Shown piece by piece: positions 17,293 through 26,498 of a stretch of 55,516 bases of DNA. Origin of the DNA: a virus (taxonomy: Duplodnaviria > Caudoviricetes); IMG/VR virus record IMGVR_UViG_3300036859_000215, positions 1-55,516 of that record; one strand, 5' to 3'. Numbering within the stretch: the first letter of the stretch is position 1; the number at the start of each line of letters is the position of its first letter. A model generated the notes under the pieces. The model had not been told where the DNA came from. It ran no database searches and saw nothing but the letters and a program-made list of their open reading frames with translations. The translations under genes and the position numbers were made by a program.

Positions 17293-18549
17293 CTACCCCG
17301 CTTCTTTGGTGGGGGAAACGAGCGCCTTAAGTCTCGCTATTGTGGCGTCTTGGGTGGAAACTCTATTGCTGTAATACTCGGTGGTTTTGGCCAGGCCATT
17401 TCTCAGCCTCTCATTCTCTCGCTCTGCCCGCTCTAGGGCGACAGCAGCTTCTTCAGCATGGTCGAACCAATCTTCAATCCATGATTCCAAACATAGGCGC
17501 GGCCAATCTCCACCGCCGCCATCTGCGATGTAGCCACGCATTCTGTCCCAAGCTTTCAGATACCATTCGAGCTTGTCAGCGCCGCGAAACGCTTTCAACC
17601 GCGCCACCAGCCCCTCGCTATTGGGGGCGGCCCTTTTTAGTTCGTCAAAGAATGCGACTTCCTCAGCGTCAATCTCTGGCGCTTGCCGCTTCATGTTCTC
17701 CAGCCATTGCTGTTCCTCTGATGTCTCGCTATTGGGGGCGGGAGAGGGGGAGGGCTTTGGCCATTGAATGTTTCCGTACCCTGGGGCGTAAAACGACTCT
17801 TGCGGTGTAACGAGGTCAAAATCAGGAGCCGCCGATTGAGCCGGTGCGTCCTTGCCAGGTCTTGCATACCCGGTATGCCGCAAAAAATTCTCATCAACAG
17901 GCTCTCGCTCCTGTTCTTCCAATGGCTTGCTGGTGGGCTCCCCGGCCACGTCTTGAGGGAGGGAGGGTGCTTCCTCTAATGCGTTGGCAGCGTCGATAAG
18001 AATGGGTATGTCAATATCATGGCTTGCCATGATGTCGTATTGTTTGCGGAGTTCATCGGCCAACTCTTGATGAGAGAGTTCACAAATTTCCGGTATCCAA
18101 TCCTCTGCCTGAGCCGGGGGAGGGGGAGCGGGGAGGGGTTGCCAGTGGGTTGGATTAGGTTTGTTTTCTATCGCAGAATTACAAGTCTCACCTTGTAACC
18201 AACGACCATCAAACCAAAAGCCAACGAGCCACTCTCCGTGTTCATATAAAAGAATTACTCTCCCATCCTTCGGCGCTGTCGAAATGTCTCGCCACCCTCC
18301 AGCAGCTTGTATGGAACGGCGGGCGAGGGTGATGATCTTGTCTAGATCAGTTGTTAGGGTTTTGTGAAATCTCTGGCCGGTTTGGAGACAGTGGTACACG
18401 CTTGACGAATAAGCATCCAATTCCTCCACGCTGAGTGGTGAGTTTGTGTCTGCGTCAGGCTCGCTGCGGGTCATAGCTTTCGGTCTTTTGCCCTCTTGAG
18501 GGAGGAAGTTTCCTCGACATTCTGGCGGTGCTCCGTCGAACTCGCTCAT
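17293..18549 (-). CDS. Mosaic early protein containing a DUF551-like domain
   Basis: WRDISTAPKDG...PTHWQPLPAPP; low-complexity linkers; internal 17-bp repeat. Confidence 0.6.
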   Translation of the reverse strand: MSEFDGAPPECRGNFLPQEGKRPKAMTRSEPDADTNSPLSVEELDAYSSSVYHCLQTGQRFHKTLTTDLDKIITLARRSIQAAGGWRDISTAPKDGRVILLYEHGEWLVGFWFDGRWLQGETCNSAIENKPNPTHWQPLPAPPPPAQAEDWIPEICELSHQELADELRKQYDIMASHDIDIPILIDAANALEEAPSLPQDVAGEPTSKPLEEQEREPVDENFLRHTGYARPGKDAPAQSAAPDFDLVTPQESFYAPGYGNIQWPKPSPSPAPNSETSEEQQWLENMKRQAPEIDAEEVAFFDELKRAAPNSEGLVARLKAFRGADKLEWYLKAWDRMRGYIADGGGGDWPRLCLESWIEDWFDHAEEAAVALERAERENERLRNGLAKTTEYYSNRVSTQDATIARLKALVSPTKEAG

Positions 18550-18971
18550 ATCTTCCCCATGCGTTGAAGGGCGCGGATGGTGTCTGCGATATGTTCGGCA
18601 GTAAGTTCGCTCGCACGATGAAGGTCGGCTTCGTCCACGCTATCGTCGTTGCAGTCGCCTTCTGCGAGAATTTCAGACCTGGCCTGGGCGTGCTTGCGTA
18701 CTTCGCCGTCCGCCACCTTCGCCGCTTCCTCAATCGCTTCGGCGCGGGCGGCGCGGATTTCTTCGACCCTCACCCATGTTTGACCGTCAATGGTGATGCG
18801 GGCGTAGTTGCCAGCTATCGCATCCTTCAAGCCCCGGACAGCGATGCGTCCCACGCGAGCGGCCTCTACAAGCAGTGGAAGTTCGTTGCCGCGCAGGACA
18901 AACTCAGCATCAGCCGCGACCGCTATTGCAATCTCGGTTAGACGTTGGTTGCTTAGCTCTGGCTCGCTCAT
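18546..18971 (-). CDS. Hypothetical phage protein
   Basis: AIEEAAKVAD...IADTIRAL motif, shared with 30520-30780. Confidence 0.55.
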   Translation of the reverse strand: MSEPELSNQRLTEIAIAVAADAEFVLRGNELPLLVEAARVGRIAVRGLKDAIAGNYARITIDGQTWVRVEEIRAARAEAIEEAAKVADGEVRKHAQARSEILAEGDCNDDSVDEADLHRASELTAEHIADTIRALQRMGKI

Positions 18972-18993
18972 TCTCCGCCTCTATCTTCTTCGG

Positions 18994-19410
18994 TTAGTCT
19001 GGTGTGCGCGCTACAGTCATGTTCGCTTCGATGACTTTTCGCATGGCGCATATGTCTCCGCGATTGAACCAGAGCGCGTTGGCAAGTACGTAGCAGTCGA
19101 TGCCTCGTGTCTTGAACCAGGATGCCTCTTTCCGTGAGCCGACCTTGTGAACCTCGTCATGCTCGTCACGGGTTAGCGGGACGCACCATTTATCGGTAGC
19201 CTTCATCCCGACCCCGCGTTCCGCTTTGATGCGAAGATGGTGCGGGTCGCATGGGCGCTTTCCTGAGATACATGATGGGAGCTTGGCGACGTTTCGGCGA
19301 TGCTCGTCTGACATGCCTTCCCGTTTTTCCCGAGCGGTCTTGTCCCGCGTTTTGTTGGGATTCTTAGGCGGCTTGAAGTTGCCGAGGATTGGTTTGCCGA
19401 GATAGTTCAC
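18994..19410 (-). CDS. DUF968/HNH-like putative nuclease
   Basis: LPSCISG...DPHHLR...GVGMKATDKWCVPLTRDEHDEVH. Confidence 0.7.
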   Translation of the reverse strand: MNYLGKPILGNFKPPKNPNKTRDKTAREKREGMSDEHRRNVAKLPSCISGKRPCDPHHLRIKAERGVGMKATDKWCVPLTRDEHDEVHKVGSRKEASWFKTRGIDCYVLANALWFNRGDICAMRKVIEANMTVARTPD

Positions 19411-19724
19411 AGTCGGTCCTTCACCTGAGACTGGTAGAGGCCGATGGTGATTTTCGCGGCGTCTCTGCGGGCCTCTAGACCCTTCAGTGCGGCCGTTGCT
19501 TGGGCATCTTCAGTAATGGCTTCCACGTACCGTTCGGTGGCTCGTGCATATTCCTTGCACACTGTCGCGGGCGTCTTACCTTCGTGGAAGCTCTTAACCA
19601 AAAGAGCCTCGACGTGCTTCACCATTGATTCCTTCATGCGCGCTTGCTCCCAAAGCGTTTCGATTGCCTTGGCGCTCTCGCGCAAGAAGTCCACGGCCTC
19701 TTCAGCTTTTTCGACGGCGATCAT
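19407..19724 (-). CDS. Helical hypothetical protein in the recombination module
   Basis: 105 aa; coupled to neighbouring genes. Confidence 0.55.
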   Translation of the reverse strand: MIAVEKAEEAVDFLRESAKAIETLWEQARMKESMVKHVEALLVKSFHEGKTPATVCKEYARATERYVEAITEDAQATAALKGLEARRDAAKITIGLYQSQVKDRL

Positions 19725-19727
19725 GGC

Positions 19728-20144
19728 TTAGAATTCGTCATTGCCAGGAGCGAAGGGGTGCTGATCCTTCGGGCCGTTCTTGAGGAACTTTGGCTTGCCA
19801 GTGTTCGGCTTCACCACGCGAACTCGGATAGCCTCGACCGACTCATTCCCGAACTGCACCATTGTCGGATAGAGCGTGATCGGCTTGCCGACCCAGTCGT
19901 CCATTTCTTTGCCGTATGCGTAGGCAATGGACGTTCTATTGGTCTTGTTGCAGACGAATGTTTTTTCCGTCTCTTGGAAAGAGAAGATCGCTTTCTTGGA
20001 TGTATATGCCTGTCCGGTTTTTTTGTCTGTCTCGTTAAACTCTTTCACGGTGTATCCGGCGATGGTCAGAGTAACTTCGCTGCCATCGAGATCGGATGCC
20101 TTGAGAGTGTTGGTCGGCGGGGAGAGTTCATCAACGCTTGTCAT
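19728..20144 (-). CDS. Putative ssDNA-binding/annealing accessory protein
   Basis: LKASDL...VTLTI...CNKTN...WVGKPITLYPT.VQFG...AIRV; acidic-aromatic C-terminus (NDEF). Confidence 0.55.
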   Translation of the reverse strand: MTSVDELSPPTNTLKASDLDGSEVTLTIAGYTVKEFNETDKKTGQAYTSKKAIFSFQETEKTFVCNKTNRTSIAYAYGKEMDDWVGKPITLYPTMVQFGNESVEAIRVRVVKPNTGKPKFLKNGPKDQHPFAPGNDEF

Positions 20145-20938
20145 TGCAAGTTTCCTTTTCGGGCTTCGGGTTTCTGGTCGATAATCTGCGGTATGTATCG
20201 GTTCTTGGCTTGCCAATAGGCTAGGAGGGATTTGAACATCTCCCATCCCTGTGCGAGATCGTCCTGATCGACCTCAACGAGATGGGTCAGACCGGGAACT
20301 CGGGTCGAGACGTAGACAATGGCGCAGCGGGCGCGAAACAGTGCGAACCCTTCCCGGTAGGCAGCCAACTGCATTGCGTGATTGTCATAAGCGAGGGGCA
20401 GAGCATCTTCGGTGAAGTCCTTGGACTTGAAATCAGCAAGGAACCCCGGCTTGTGCACATCGCACTTGCCGCCGTACCCAAGCGGATGGCAGAAGGATTT
20501 TTCAGAGCCGCAATCGTCTAATCCCTGGCACCAGGCGGCGAGCGTTTTCAGCGCGCCATCAACATGCGGATTGTAGGTGTAGTCATAAGGCAGGCCGCAC
20601 AAATCCTTTTCGATGCAGCCGTGAATGAGGCTGCCTAGTTCGGCGGCTTTCCTTGCTTGCTCCTTGGAATCTCTTTTGATACGCTTGGCAAATTCCTCGG
20701 TTTCCTCACCATCAATCCGAGGCAGAGTGAGCGCGGACATAATGGCCTGGTCGATCTTCCAATTCTCCAAGGCGTCGGCGGCGGCACATTTGATAATTCC
20801 TGAGACTGATGGTGCGAGATTGAGCTTGCGGGCATCACGTAACGTAGCCGGACGCATGGAGCCATTCCGGGCCGCGACCTCATAGGCTGGTCGCCCGGCC
20901 GCGTCATACCAATGCCCGGACTCGCTGGCTAATGTCAT
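20141..20938 (-). CDS. PD-(D/E)XK exonuclease (Cas4/lambda-exonuclease-like)
   Basis: PSVS...GSLIH...E...GGKCD...ADFKS...QLAAY. Confidence 0.8.
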   Translation of the reverse strand: MTLASESGHWYDAAGRPAYEVAARNGSMRPATLRDARKLNLAPSVSGIIKCAAADALENWKIDQAIMSALTLPRIDGEETEEFAKRIKRDSKEQARKAAELGSLIHGCIEKDLCGLPYDYTYNPHVDGALKTLAAWCQGLDDCGSEKSFCHPLGYGGKCDVHKPGFLADFKSKDFTEDALPLAYDNHAMQLAAYREGFALFRARCAIVYVSTRVPGLTHLVEVDQDDLAQGWEMFKSLLAYWQAKNRYIPQIIDQKPEARKGNLQ

Positions 20939-21195
20939 CGCCGGACCTCATCAAGCCATTTCTTGCAAATCTTCTCGACAAGGGCGAAGCGATGCCGCGC
21001 AAACAATCTCTCTAGGGCGTGATCTGCGATAGCTTCGTCATTCCCATCGTCGATTTCTCCGTGACGCATGGCGAGAAATTCGTTTATCCCCCCGTCGAAT
21101 CCGATCTCTTGGGCTTCCAGATATTCGTCCATTGCCTGTGCTAGTCCTGAGTAGCAGGCAGGAAGTTCGTCGGGTGTCGGCCAGGGCTTGTTCAT
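20935..21195 (-). CDS. Hypothetical protein
   Basis: Coupled ORF. Confidence 0.5.
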   Translation of the reverse strand: MNKPWPTPDELPACYSGLAQAMDEYLEAQEIGFDGGINEFLAMRHGEIDDGNDEAIADHALERLFARHRFALVEKICKKWLDEVRR

Positions 21196-21328
21196 CGCGT
21201 TGGCATCCCTTCCATAATCCTAATCGCGGCGTTCTCAACCTCCGGCGCCACATTCAAGCTCTGTTGCATCTGTCCCTGTGAGACGAGCAACATGGAGAGG
21301 ATGATCCAGATCAGGGCTAGGTGGAGGT

Positions 21329-22099
21329 TCATGCCGCTTGCTCCTGTTTCAGAAGCGCAGCCTTCACGGCTTTAGCTACAGCTCGGCCCATTGGGAGAGG
21401 GACGCCGTTGCCTATGCACTTACGTTTGCCGTGCGCTGTCAGCGGGCAATCATCGCCTTCTAGGAAACCTTCCGGTAATCCCTGGAGCGCGCACATGCGG
21501 GCGAGCGAAATGTTGCCTCGCTCATGCGAGAAGGCCGCGCCATGACCGGCTGGCACAGTTGGTGGTCGCCATGTCTTTTTGATTTTGCCGCCGCCGCCGA
21601 GTTTCACCGAAACTGGATTGCTGGCGCTCGTGACGGCTTGTGCTTCTAGCATCGGCTCGAAAACTTCTGTCTCAACGCGGAAAGTTATCGAGGCTGGGCC
21701 GCCGAATGAAAAACGTCTAAGCCGGTTTTGCTCCGCGCCAAGCCAGCGTGGGTTCAAATAATGGCTCGTTACCTTGTAGCCATAGACGCTCGGCTCTGGA
21801 GCGTCCTTGACGTTCTCCATGACGAACCACCACGGCATAGCTTCTTCGACAATTCGCTCAAACTCTGGTATAAGGTTGCCGTGCTTTCCGGCGTGCCGAT
21901 TGATGTGGCGAAACTGGCTGAAGATTTGGCATGGAGGGCCGCCGATCACGCCCTCAAATTTGCCGTAAGGCGCGTGCCATTTCCGTATATCCCCGCCCCA
22001 CAAAAGATCGGGACCGCGCACGACGCAAAAACCCTCTTCCTCGAGGGCCATGTCAAGTAGCCCAATGCCAGGAAAAAGGGAAAGGACGAGTCCGCTCAT
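21329..22099 (-). CDS. DNA cytosine-C5 methyltransferase
   Basis: LSLFPGIG (motif I), GGPPCQ (IV), ENV (VI), QNRLR (VIII), IGNGV (X). Confidence 0.92.
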   Translation of the reverse strand: MSGLVLSLFPGIGLLDMALEEEGFCVVRGPDLLWGGDIRKWHAPYGKFEGVIGGPPCQIFSQFRHINRHAGKHGNLIPEFERIVEEAMPWWFVMENVKDAPEPSVYGYKVTSHYLNPRWLGAEQNRLRRFSFGGPASITFRVETEVFEPMLEAQAVTSASNPVSVKLGGGGKIKKTWRPPTVPAGHGAAFSHERGNISLARMCALQGLPEGFLEGDDCPLTAHGKRKCIGNGVPLPMGRAVAKAVKAALLKQEQAA

Positions 22100-22521
22100 G
22101 CTGGCACACCTTCCTTGTCGAGCGCAGGATCGCCTACGAACTCAACATGCGGGCGGGGGATTTCGATGTCTTGCGGGCGCCAGAGATGCAGGCAATGTGG
22201 ATGGTTGTTGACATGATCGGCGGGCGGGACATGAAGCTGCATTGCCGTTTCTTCGTCGCGGAAGAAAAGCCGCTTCACGTGATCCATCTCAATCCAGTTA
22301 GGGCACCGGTTTCGTCGGCTAACCGAAACGTGATCCCATCCCTCGCCAGCGGACGCCACCACCTTCATCGGTTGCCGATCTATGGGCGATGGGACGGTAA
22401 AAACTCCGCACGTCTCGTCGCCGGCGCTGCCATAGTATCGGACCACTTGTGGGCTAGCATCGCGGTAGACGTTGAGCAGATAGAGATTCCTCATTTCCAC
22501 GGCGCTCCTAAGCTCAAGCAC
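22096..22521 (-). CDS. Conserved His-rich phage protein
   Basis: GWDHVSVS...PNW.EM..VK..F...QLH.P...HVN.HPHCLHLW. Confidence 0.65.
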   Translation of the reverse strand: MLELRSAVEMRNLYLLNVYRDASPQVVRYYGSAGDETCGVFTVPSPIDRQPMKVVASAGEGWDHVSVSRRNRCPNWIEMDHVKRLFFRDEETAMQLHVPPADHVNNHPHCLHLWRPQDIEIPRPHVEFVGDPALDKEGVPA

Positions 22522-22691
22522 TTGTCACAGATCAGCACGCATTCTTTCTCGCCCTGATCGTTGATCCAGATTTCGTTGTCGTAATCCATGCGAGTGAACT
22601 TTCCGCAGGACCAACATTCGTATTCTTGGATGCTCGCTTGATTGGCTTCGCGCATCGTGTCGGTGATTTGGCGGAAAGGATGCTCGGTCAT
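22491..22691 (-). CDS. Small Zn-finger protein
   Basis: CWSC...ICDKC. Confidence 0.45.
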   Translation of the reverse strand: MTEHPFRQITDTMREANQASIQEYECWSCGKFTRMDYDNEIWINDQGEKECVLICDKCLSLGAPWK

Positions 22692-23038
22692 TTCCTCTCC
22701 CCTTTGGCCAGAGCGATGGCGGCGCGCATTTTGTCGATAGCTTCCCATGCCGCCGAATGAATATCGCGCAGTTCGGTTTCTTGGCCGTCATCGGTTTCGG
22801 AGTGCATTCCGCTCAGCCAGCGTTCGGCAGATTTCAGTTCCGCTAGCAGCACCGGAGCGGCTGCTATCAGAGCGGCCACCGCGCGTTCCGCACTGTAGTC
22901 GGCTTCAAGCGAGTTATCCTTTCGGGAGTATTCGGCGATCTCAGCTACGAGGCTGCCGTTAGCGTCCAGAACCTCGAACAAGCCGTTCGGGTATTCTTTC
23001 ACTGACCATGGTTTTGGTGAGTGTCCCATCCAGGTCAT
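22688..23038 (-). CDS. Hypothetical phage protein
   Basis: HSPKPW...ALIAAAPVLL motif typical of phage early genes. Confidence 0.65.
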   Translation of the reverse strand: MTWMGHSPKPWSVKEYPNGLFEVLDANGSLVAEIAEYSRKDNSLEADYSAERAVAALIAAAPVLLAELKSAERWLSGMHSETDDGQETELRDIHSAAWEAIDKMRAAIALAKGERK

Positions 23039-23310
23039 TCTCCCTTGTGAGAGGCGTAGGATCGGGCCGCGCGACTAGCGGCGTATCCGCTTCCGGCAGG
23101 CTCGCCATCTTCTGTCCACAGTCCGCGTCCATATTCTGCGAGGCCCTTTCGGGTAAGCGACCTACAAGCGCGTCGAATTTCTTTGATGCCGAGACGCGTC
23201 TTTGCGCGGATGCCCTTGAAGCTAAGATAGCAAAATCCGCAGTAATCATCGGCGCTCACCAAAGCCCTAAGCACTTTCCGCTCCAGTTCGTTTAGCCGTG
23301 CCTCGCTCAT
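23035..23310 (-). CDS. Winged-HTH-like protein
   Basis: IRAKTRLGIKEIRRACRSLTRKGLAEY. Confidence 0.55.
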   Translation of the reverse strand: MSEARLNELERKVLRALVSADDYCGFCYLSFKGIRAKTRLGIKEIRRACRSLTRKGLAEYGRGLWTEDGEPAGSGYAASRAARSYASHKGE

Positions 23311-23531
23311 TTCCCCTCATCCTTCTGGCTGGAGAGGGCGGCGCGGCCATGTAGAGTGAGCCGGCAAATTGCCATCGGCTCATAAGGCCGTCCGTTTTCC
23401 GGTGCGATCAATTCACGCTTGCAAAGGGCTCTTGCCGTGAGGCCATGCACGCCTTTGTGGTACGCGTTGCCGGGGCCTAGTGCCCATCTTTGCAGCGCCC
23501 TTAACTGCGCCTCGCTCAGCTCACTCGGCAT
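23307..23531 (-). CDS. Small hypothetical protein (wHTH-like)
   Basis: LSEAQLRAL...TARAL...LT.HGRAAL. Confidence 0.55.
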   Translation of the reverse strand: MPSELSEAQLRALQRWALGPGNAYHKGVHGLTARALCKRELIAPENGRPYEPMAICRLTLHGRAALSSQKDEGK

Positions 23532-23733
23532 GGGGAGAGTCCATAAGGTTTTCGCGTCCCACTAGATCGCAGCGGCGGATTTCTTTTGCGCCAATGGCCC
23601 GCTTAAGTCCGCGCACAGTGCCTTCGATTGGTGACGAGATAGGATTGCCGTCTGCGACGTAGACGTAACCCGGATACACCGGATAATCATCCGGCAAGAT
23701 TCGCTCGTCCAATTCGCGCGTCTCACTCACCAT
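23521..23733 (-). CDS. Hypothetical protein
   Basis: Coupled ORF. Confidence 0.5.
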   Translation of the reverse strand: MVSETRELDERILPDDYPVYPGYVYVADGNPISSPIEGTVRGLKRAIGAKEIRRCDLVGRENLMDSPHAE

Positions 23734-24031
23734 GTGACTTCTCGCTGGTGGGAGATTGAGAGAGGGCTTTGGAGATGGCGAGGTCGTACATCTGCATGAC
23801 GGCGGCGTGGCCGAGATAGTCGTTGACCTGAACGGCGGCTAACCCGAATAATTCTTTTGCTGATCGGCGCAGAACGGGGATTGCGTTCTGCTTGCTCATA
23901 AGAAGAGCACCCAGCGCGCACATGCGACCATTGAGTTCAAATGCGCCTCGACACCAATTCTCCGAGTTCTCTATCCGCTTCTTGGCGGCGATCAGTTCGC
24001 GGGCAATTGGATTTAATTTGCGGTCGCTCAT
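23723..24031 (-). CDS. DUF6197-like phage protein
   Basis: WCRGAF...CALGAL...ND..GHAAV. Confidence 0.6.
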   Translation of the reverse strand: MSDRKLNPIARELIAAKKRIENSENWCRGAFELNGRMCALGALLMSKQNAIPVLRRSAKELFGLAAVQVNDYLGHAAVMQMYDLAISKALSQSPTSEKSHGE

Positions 24032-24420
24032 CTCTCATTCCTGTCGGTTAGTGAATGCGAAATGGTTTTCAAGGAGAGGCAGGGCGCTACTCCTGCTACG
24101 AGAAATCACGGCGGTTCCGTTTGATGTTATCGCCGGTCCCGTTACCCGCTCGCCAGTTGCGGTTGGCGAGTGCTCCGTTAGGAAGGCCGCAACGCCTCCC
24201 GCGTGTCTGCTTTCCACGCCGCTCTCCATGAAAACCATCTCACTTTCTGCCGTTGACGAAATCGAGGATGCGTTGCGCGACAACCACCACATCTTCATGT
24301 GTTGAGAGGACAACGCCCTGCGCTATTTCGAGGCACCTAATTCTGATTTCTGCTTCTGTCATTTTTCTTCTCCGGTTTCAGCCAGTGTCCCCGACATTCG
24401 CGTCGGGTTCACCGGGAGGG

Positions 24421-24438
24421 GAGAGCCTAGGGGCTCTC
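24421..24438. terminator. Hairpin just after the first leftward early gene (terminator or antitermination site candidate)
   Basis: GAGAGCC-TAGG-GGCTCTC perfect 7-bp stem. Confidence 0.4.
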
Positions 24439-24446
24439 GGGTAAGG

Positions 24447-24623
24447 TTAGGCGGCCACCATTTCGAGATAGGCGACCATCTTGCGAATCGTGCTGGTGCG
24501 GATTTTCGCGGCGCCATCCAGCCATGCGGCGACGGCGTTGCGCGTCTTGAAAGTTAGGGGACCGCGCCCGTCATGCTGGTGCGTGGCATCTAATGCCTTG
24601 GCTGCTTTGTCCCGTAACGTCAT
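24447..24623 (-). CDS. 58-aa first gene of the leftward operon (absent from the ORF track)
   Basis: MTLRDKAAKALDATHQHDGRGPLTFKTRNAVAAWLDGAAKIRTSTIRKMVAYLEMVAA; GGAGGG RBS. Confidence 0.6.
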   Translation of the reverse strand: MTLRDKAAKALDATHQHDGRGPLTFKTRNAVAAWLDGAAKIRTSTIRKMVAYLEMVAA

Positions 24624-24646
24624 CTCATCCCTCCATCATCTGATAC

Positions 24647-24704
24647 CGTACTTATAAGGTACGCCATGCAAGGCGTCAAGTGGAAATCGTACCCGTTAGG
24701 TACA
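24647..24704. promoter_or_regulatory. Two repressor operators, CGTAC-N7-GTAC(G/A)
   Basis: 24647-24663 overlaps the PL -10; 24688-24704 lies just upstream of the -35. Confidence 0.75.
24651..24679 (-). promoter_or_regulatory. Leftward sigma70-type early promoter (PL-like)
   Basis: TTGACG-17 nt-TATAAG on the minus strand. Confidence 0.72.
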
Positions 24705-24747
24705 ATTATTTATGGCCGGATTGTGGCAGGATATGCTCTAGGAAGCC

Positions 24748-24999
24748 CTAGGCGGCCCGCTCAGGGGCCTTCGGCTCGGTGGGCAGGAGGATGCCGACCG
24801 GAACTTCAAGGGCCGTACAGATGCGCCTGAGGGTTTCCAGTGGGGGTTGGGTGTCGCCCCGTTCATATTTGCGGTAGGTATGGGGGTGGATGCCCATCAT
24901 CTCCGCAAATTTTTCTGCCGAGGGGTATTTTTCTTTACGGGCTGCCCGAAGGTTCTTGCCGAAGGTCGTCATCGTCTTGCTACGCTTGGGCTTGGCCAT
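24748..24999 (-). CDS. XRE-family HTH repressor (CI-like, no peptidase domain)
   Basis: FGKNLRAAR...SAEKFAEMMGIHPHTYRKYERG...P.LETL..IC.AL. Confidence 0.85.
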   Translation of the reverse strand: MAKPKRSKTMTTFGKNLRAARKEKYPSAEKFAEMMGIHPHTYRKYERGDTQPPLETLRRICTALEVPVGILLPTEPKAPERAA

Positions 25000-25063
25000 G
25001 CCGGGATTTTACCGCCGCAAAGCCACTTAAATCCCGTAAGACATGGGTTCGTTAAAATCATGC

Positions 25064-25096
25064 TTGACCGTACCCGCAAAGTACGGTACTTGTCAA
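25064..25096. promoter_or_regulatory. Operator ACCGTAC-N7-GTACGGT flanked by opposed -35 boxes (PR/PRM-like)
   Basis: TTGACC at 25064 (+), TTGACA at 25096-25091 (-), palindrome at 25067-25087. Confidence 0.7.
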
Positions 25097-25366
25097 TTAC
25101 AATTGAGGGAGCTTCGGATGCCGCTTAGCTTGTCTGAGAGCCTTCCAAAGGTCGAGATAGAGCTTTTCTGCGGTGTCAACCGACATAGTGATCCGCGTCA
25201 AAATCCGGCGCTCTTGCATGTCCGAGATGTCCGCATAGCCGACCAATTGGGCGGTATGTGCATCGGCGATCAGCGCGATTCCAGTCACAAAGACCGAGTC
25301 AGCCGGCTCCGGCTCGGTCAACTCAAACGCCTCATCTGCCCGCATCCTGCGGACAATACTGCACAA
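25097..25366 (-). CDS. Hypothetical protein upstream of the repressor
   Basis: EPEPADSVFVTGI...ERRILTRITMS looks more protein-like than the overlapping plus-strand ORF. Confidence 0.45.
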   Translation of the reverse strand: MCSIVRRMRADEAFELTEPEPADSVFVTGIALIADAHTAQLVGYADISDMQERRILTRITMSVDTAEKLYLDLWKALRQAKRHPKLPQL

Positions 25367-25567
25367 CTTCGAGTCAATTGTCCAATTCGTCGCGTCATTA
25401 GCCGCATCAATAGTCCTTATTACCGCCCTGAGTTTTGGGGGCGGGAGTCTCGATAAGCGCCACGCGGGGGATATTTAGGCGGCAAATCGAGACTCCCTAG
25501 TCAGTACGGCAAGTAGGGGCGGGAAATCCCAACAAGCCGATGTAAAGCGTAGAGCGAGAGGTGTTCC

Positions 25568-26014
25568 GTGTCCTCGCATAATTCGTGCTCGCCAAAAAGC
25601 GAGCGAGCAAATCTTGTGCTCGAAGCCCGACGCATCGTGCTTTGGGCCGGATCGCTAACCGATGACGGGGAAGAACTTGGCGGAATCGGAACACAATTAC
25701 GCAGAGCCTCTGAACGGCTCCGACTCCATCCCGGAGTTGTATGGCGAGCGTATCAACGACGCTCAGGGCCGGAAATCTTCCCCTCAATCTGGGAAGCGCG
25801 AAACCAACTTATTGAATGGCTTGCCAGCGATATGCGACGGCGAGACCCATCCCCTTGGCACGGTGACGTTCACTTGCGAGGATTGCGGTCAGAAGGAAAC
25901 GCGAATCAAGAGATACGGAGATCGCGGTCAACCGTTGGGACGCGAACCGAGATTTTGCAAACTCTGCCTGAAAGCCCACGACAGGAATCACCGCCGAGGA
26001 AAATACGGGCATAA
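25568..26014 (+). CDS. CII-like transcriptional regulator candidate
   Basis: GAGAGG RBS; HTH-like LRRASERLRLHPGVVWRAY; position after the immunity region. Confidence 0.45.
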   Translation: MSSHNSCSPKSERANLVLEARRIVLWAGSLTDDGEELGGIGTQLRRASERLRLHPGVVWRAYQRRSGPEIFPSIWEARNQLIEWLASDMRRRDPSPWHGDVHLRGLRSEGNANQEIRRSRSTVGTRTEILQTLPESPRQESPPRKIRA

Positions 26015-26498
26015 GCCTCGTACTGACCTCTGGTCGCTTGAGCGAAAAGACCTGGCCGCACATCTATGGGGCCACGGACGCTCTGCCACTGAGATAGCCA
26101 TGCATCTCGGCGGCGTAACTCGCAACGCCGTCATCGGTATCATTTCCAGAATGGGCCTGCTCGGCAAGCGCCCCAAGACGCACAAATCACAGGACGCGAT
26201 ACGACTGAGGCGCAACGAATATCAGCGCTCCTATCGCGCCAAGAACGGAAATCCCCGACCGCGCAGAGCTTCCCCGGCGATGCACGGTCATAAAGCGCGG
26301 GCGTCTAAAGCGGCGTTCCCCTCTTCCGCCGTGCCCGCGCTTCCCCCTCTCAATCTCTCGATCATCGACGTAGCACGCAACCAGTGCAAATTCATGGCGG
26401 GGAACGATCATCTGTGCTGCGGGCATTCGGTTCATGCCGACACAAGTTGGTGCCCGTCACACTATCGCGTCGTCTACGGCCTTGGAGGCGCGTCATGA
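25863..26498 (+). CDS. gcrA: GcrA-like cell-cycle regulator with N-terminal Zn ribbon
   Basis: LWGHGRSATEIAMHLGGVTRNAVIGIISRMGL and C-terminal CKF...CG...SWCPSHYRVVY; start uncertain (ORF is open from 25662). Confidence 0.85.
   Translation: MTFTCEDCGQKETRIKRYGDRGQPLGREPRFCKLCLKAHDRNHRRGKYGHKPRTDLWSLERKDLAAHLWGHGRSATEIAMHLGGVTRNAVIGIISRMGLLGKRPKTHKSQDAIRLRRNEYQRSYRAKNGNPRPRRASPAMHGHKARASKAAFPSSAVPALPPLNLSIIDVARNQCKFMAGNDHLCCGHSVHADTSWCPSHYRVVYGLGGAS

Noticed and set aside
20141-20938. CRISPR-associated Cas4 / CRISPR array
   Set aside because: No repeat-spacer array or other cas genes seen; the context is a phage recombination module
25020-25070. CtrA boxes (TTAA-N7-TTAA)
   Set aside because: Only half-sites are present and the spacing does not match the consensus
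25043-25456. Cro protein
   Set aside because: No recognisable HTH; it overlaps a more protein-like antisense ORF
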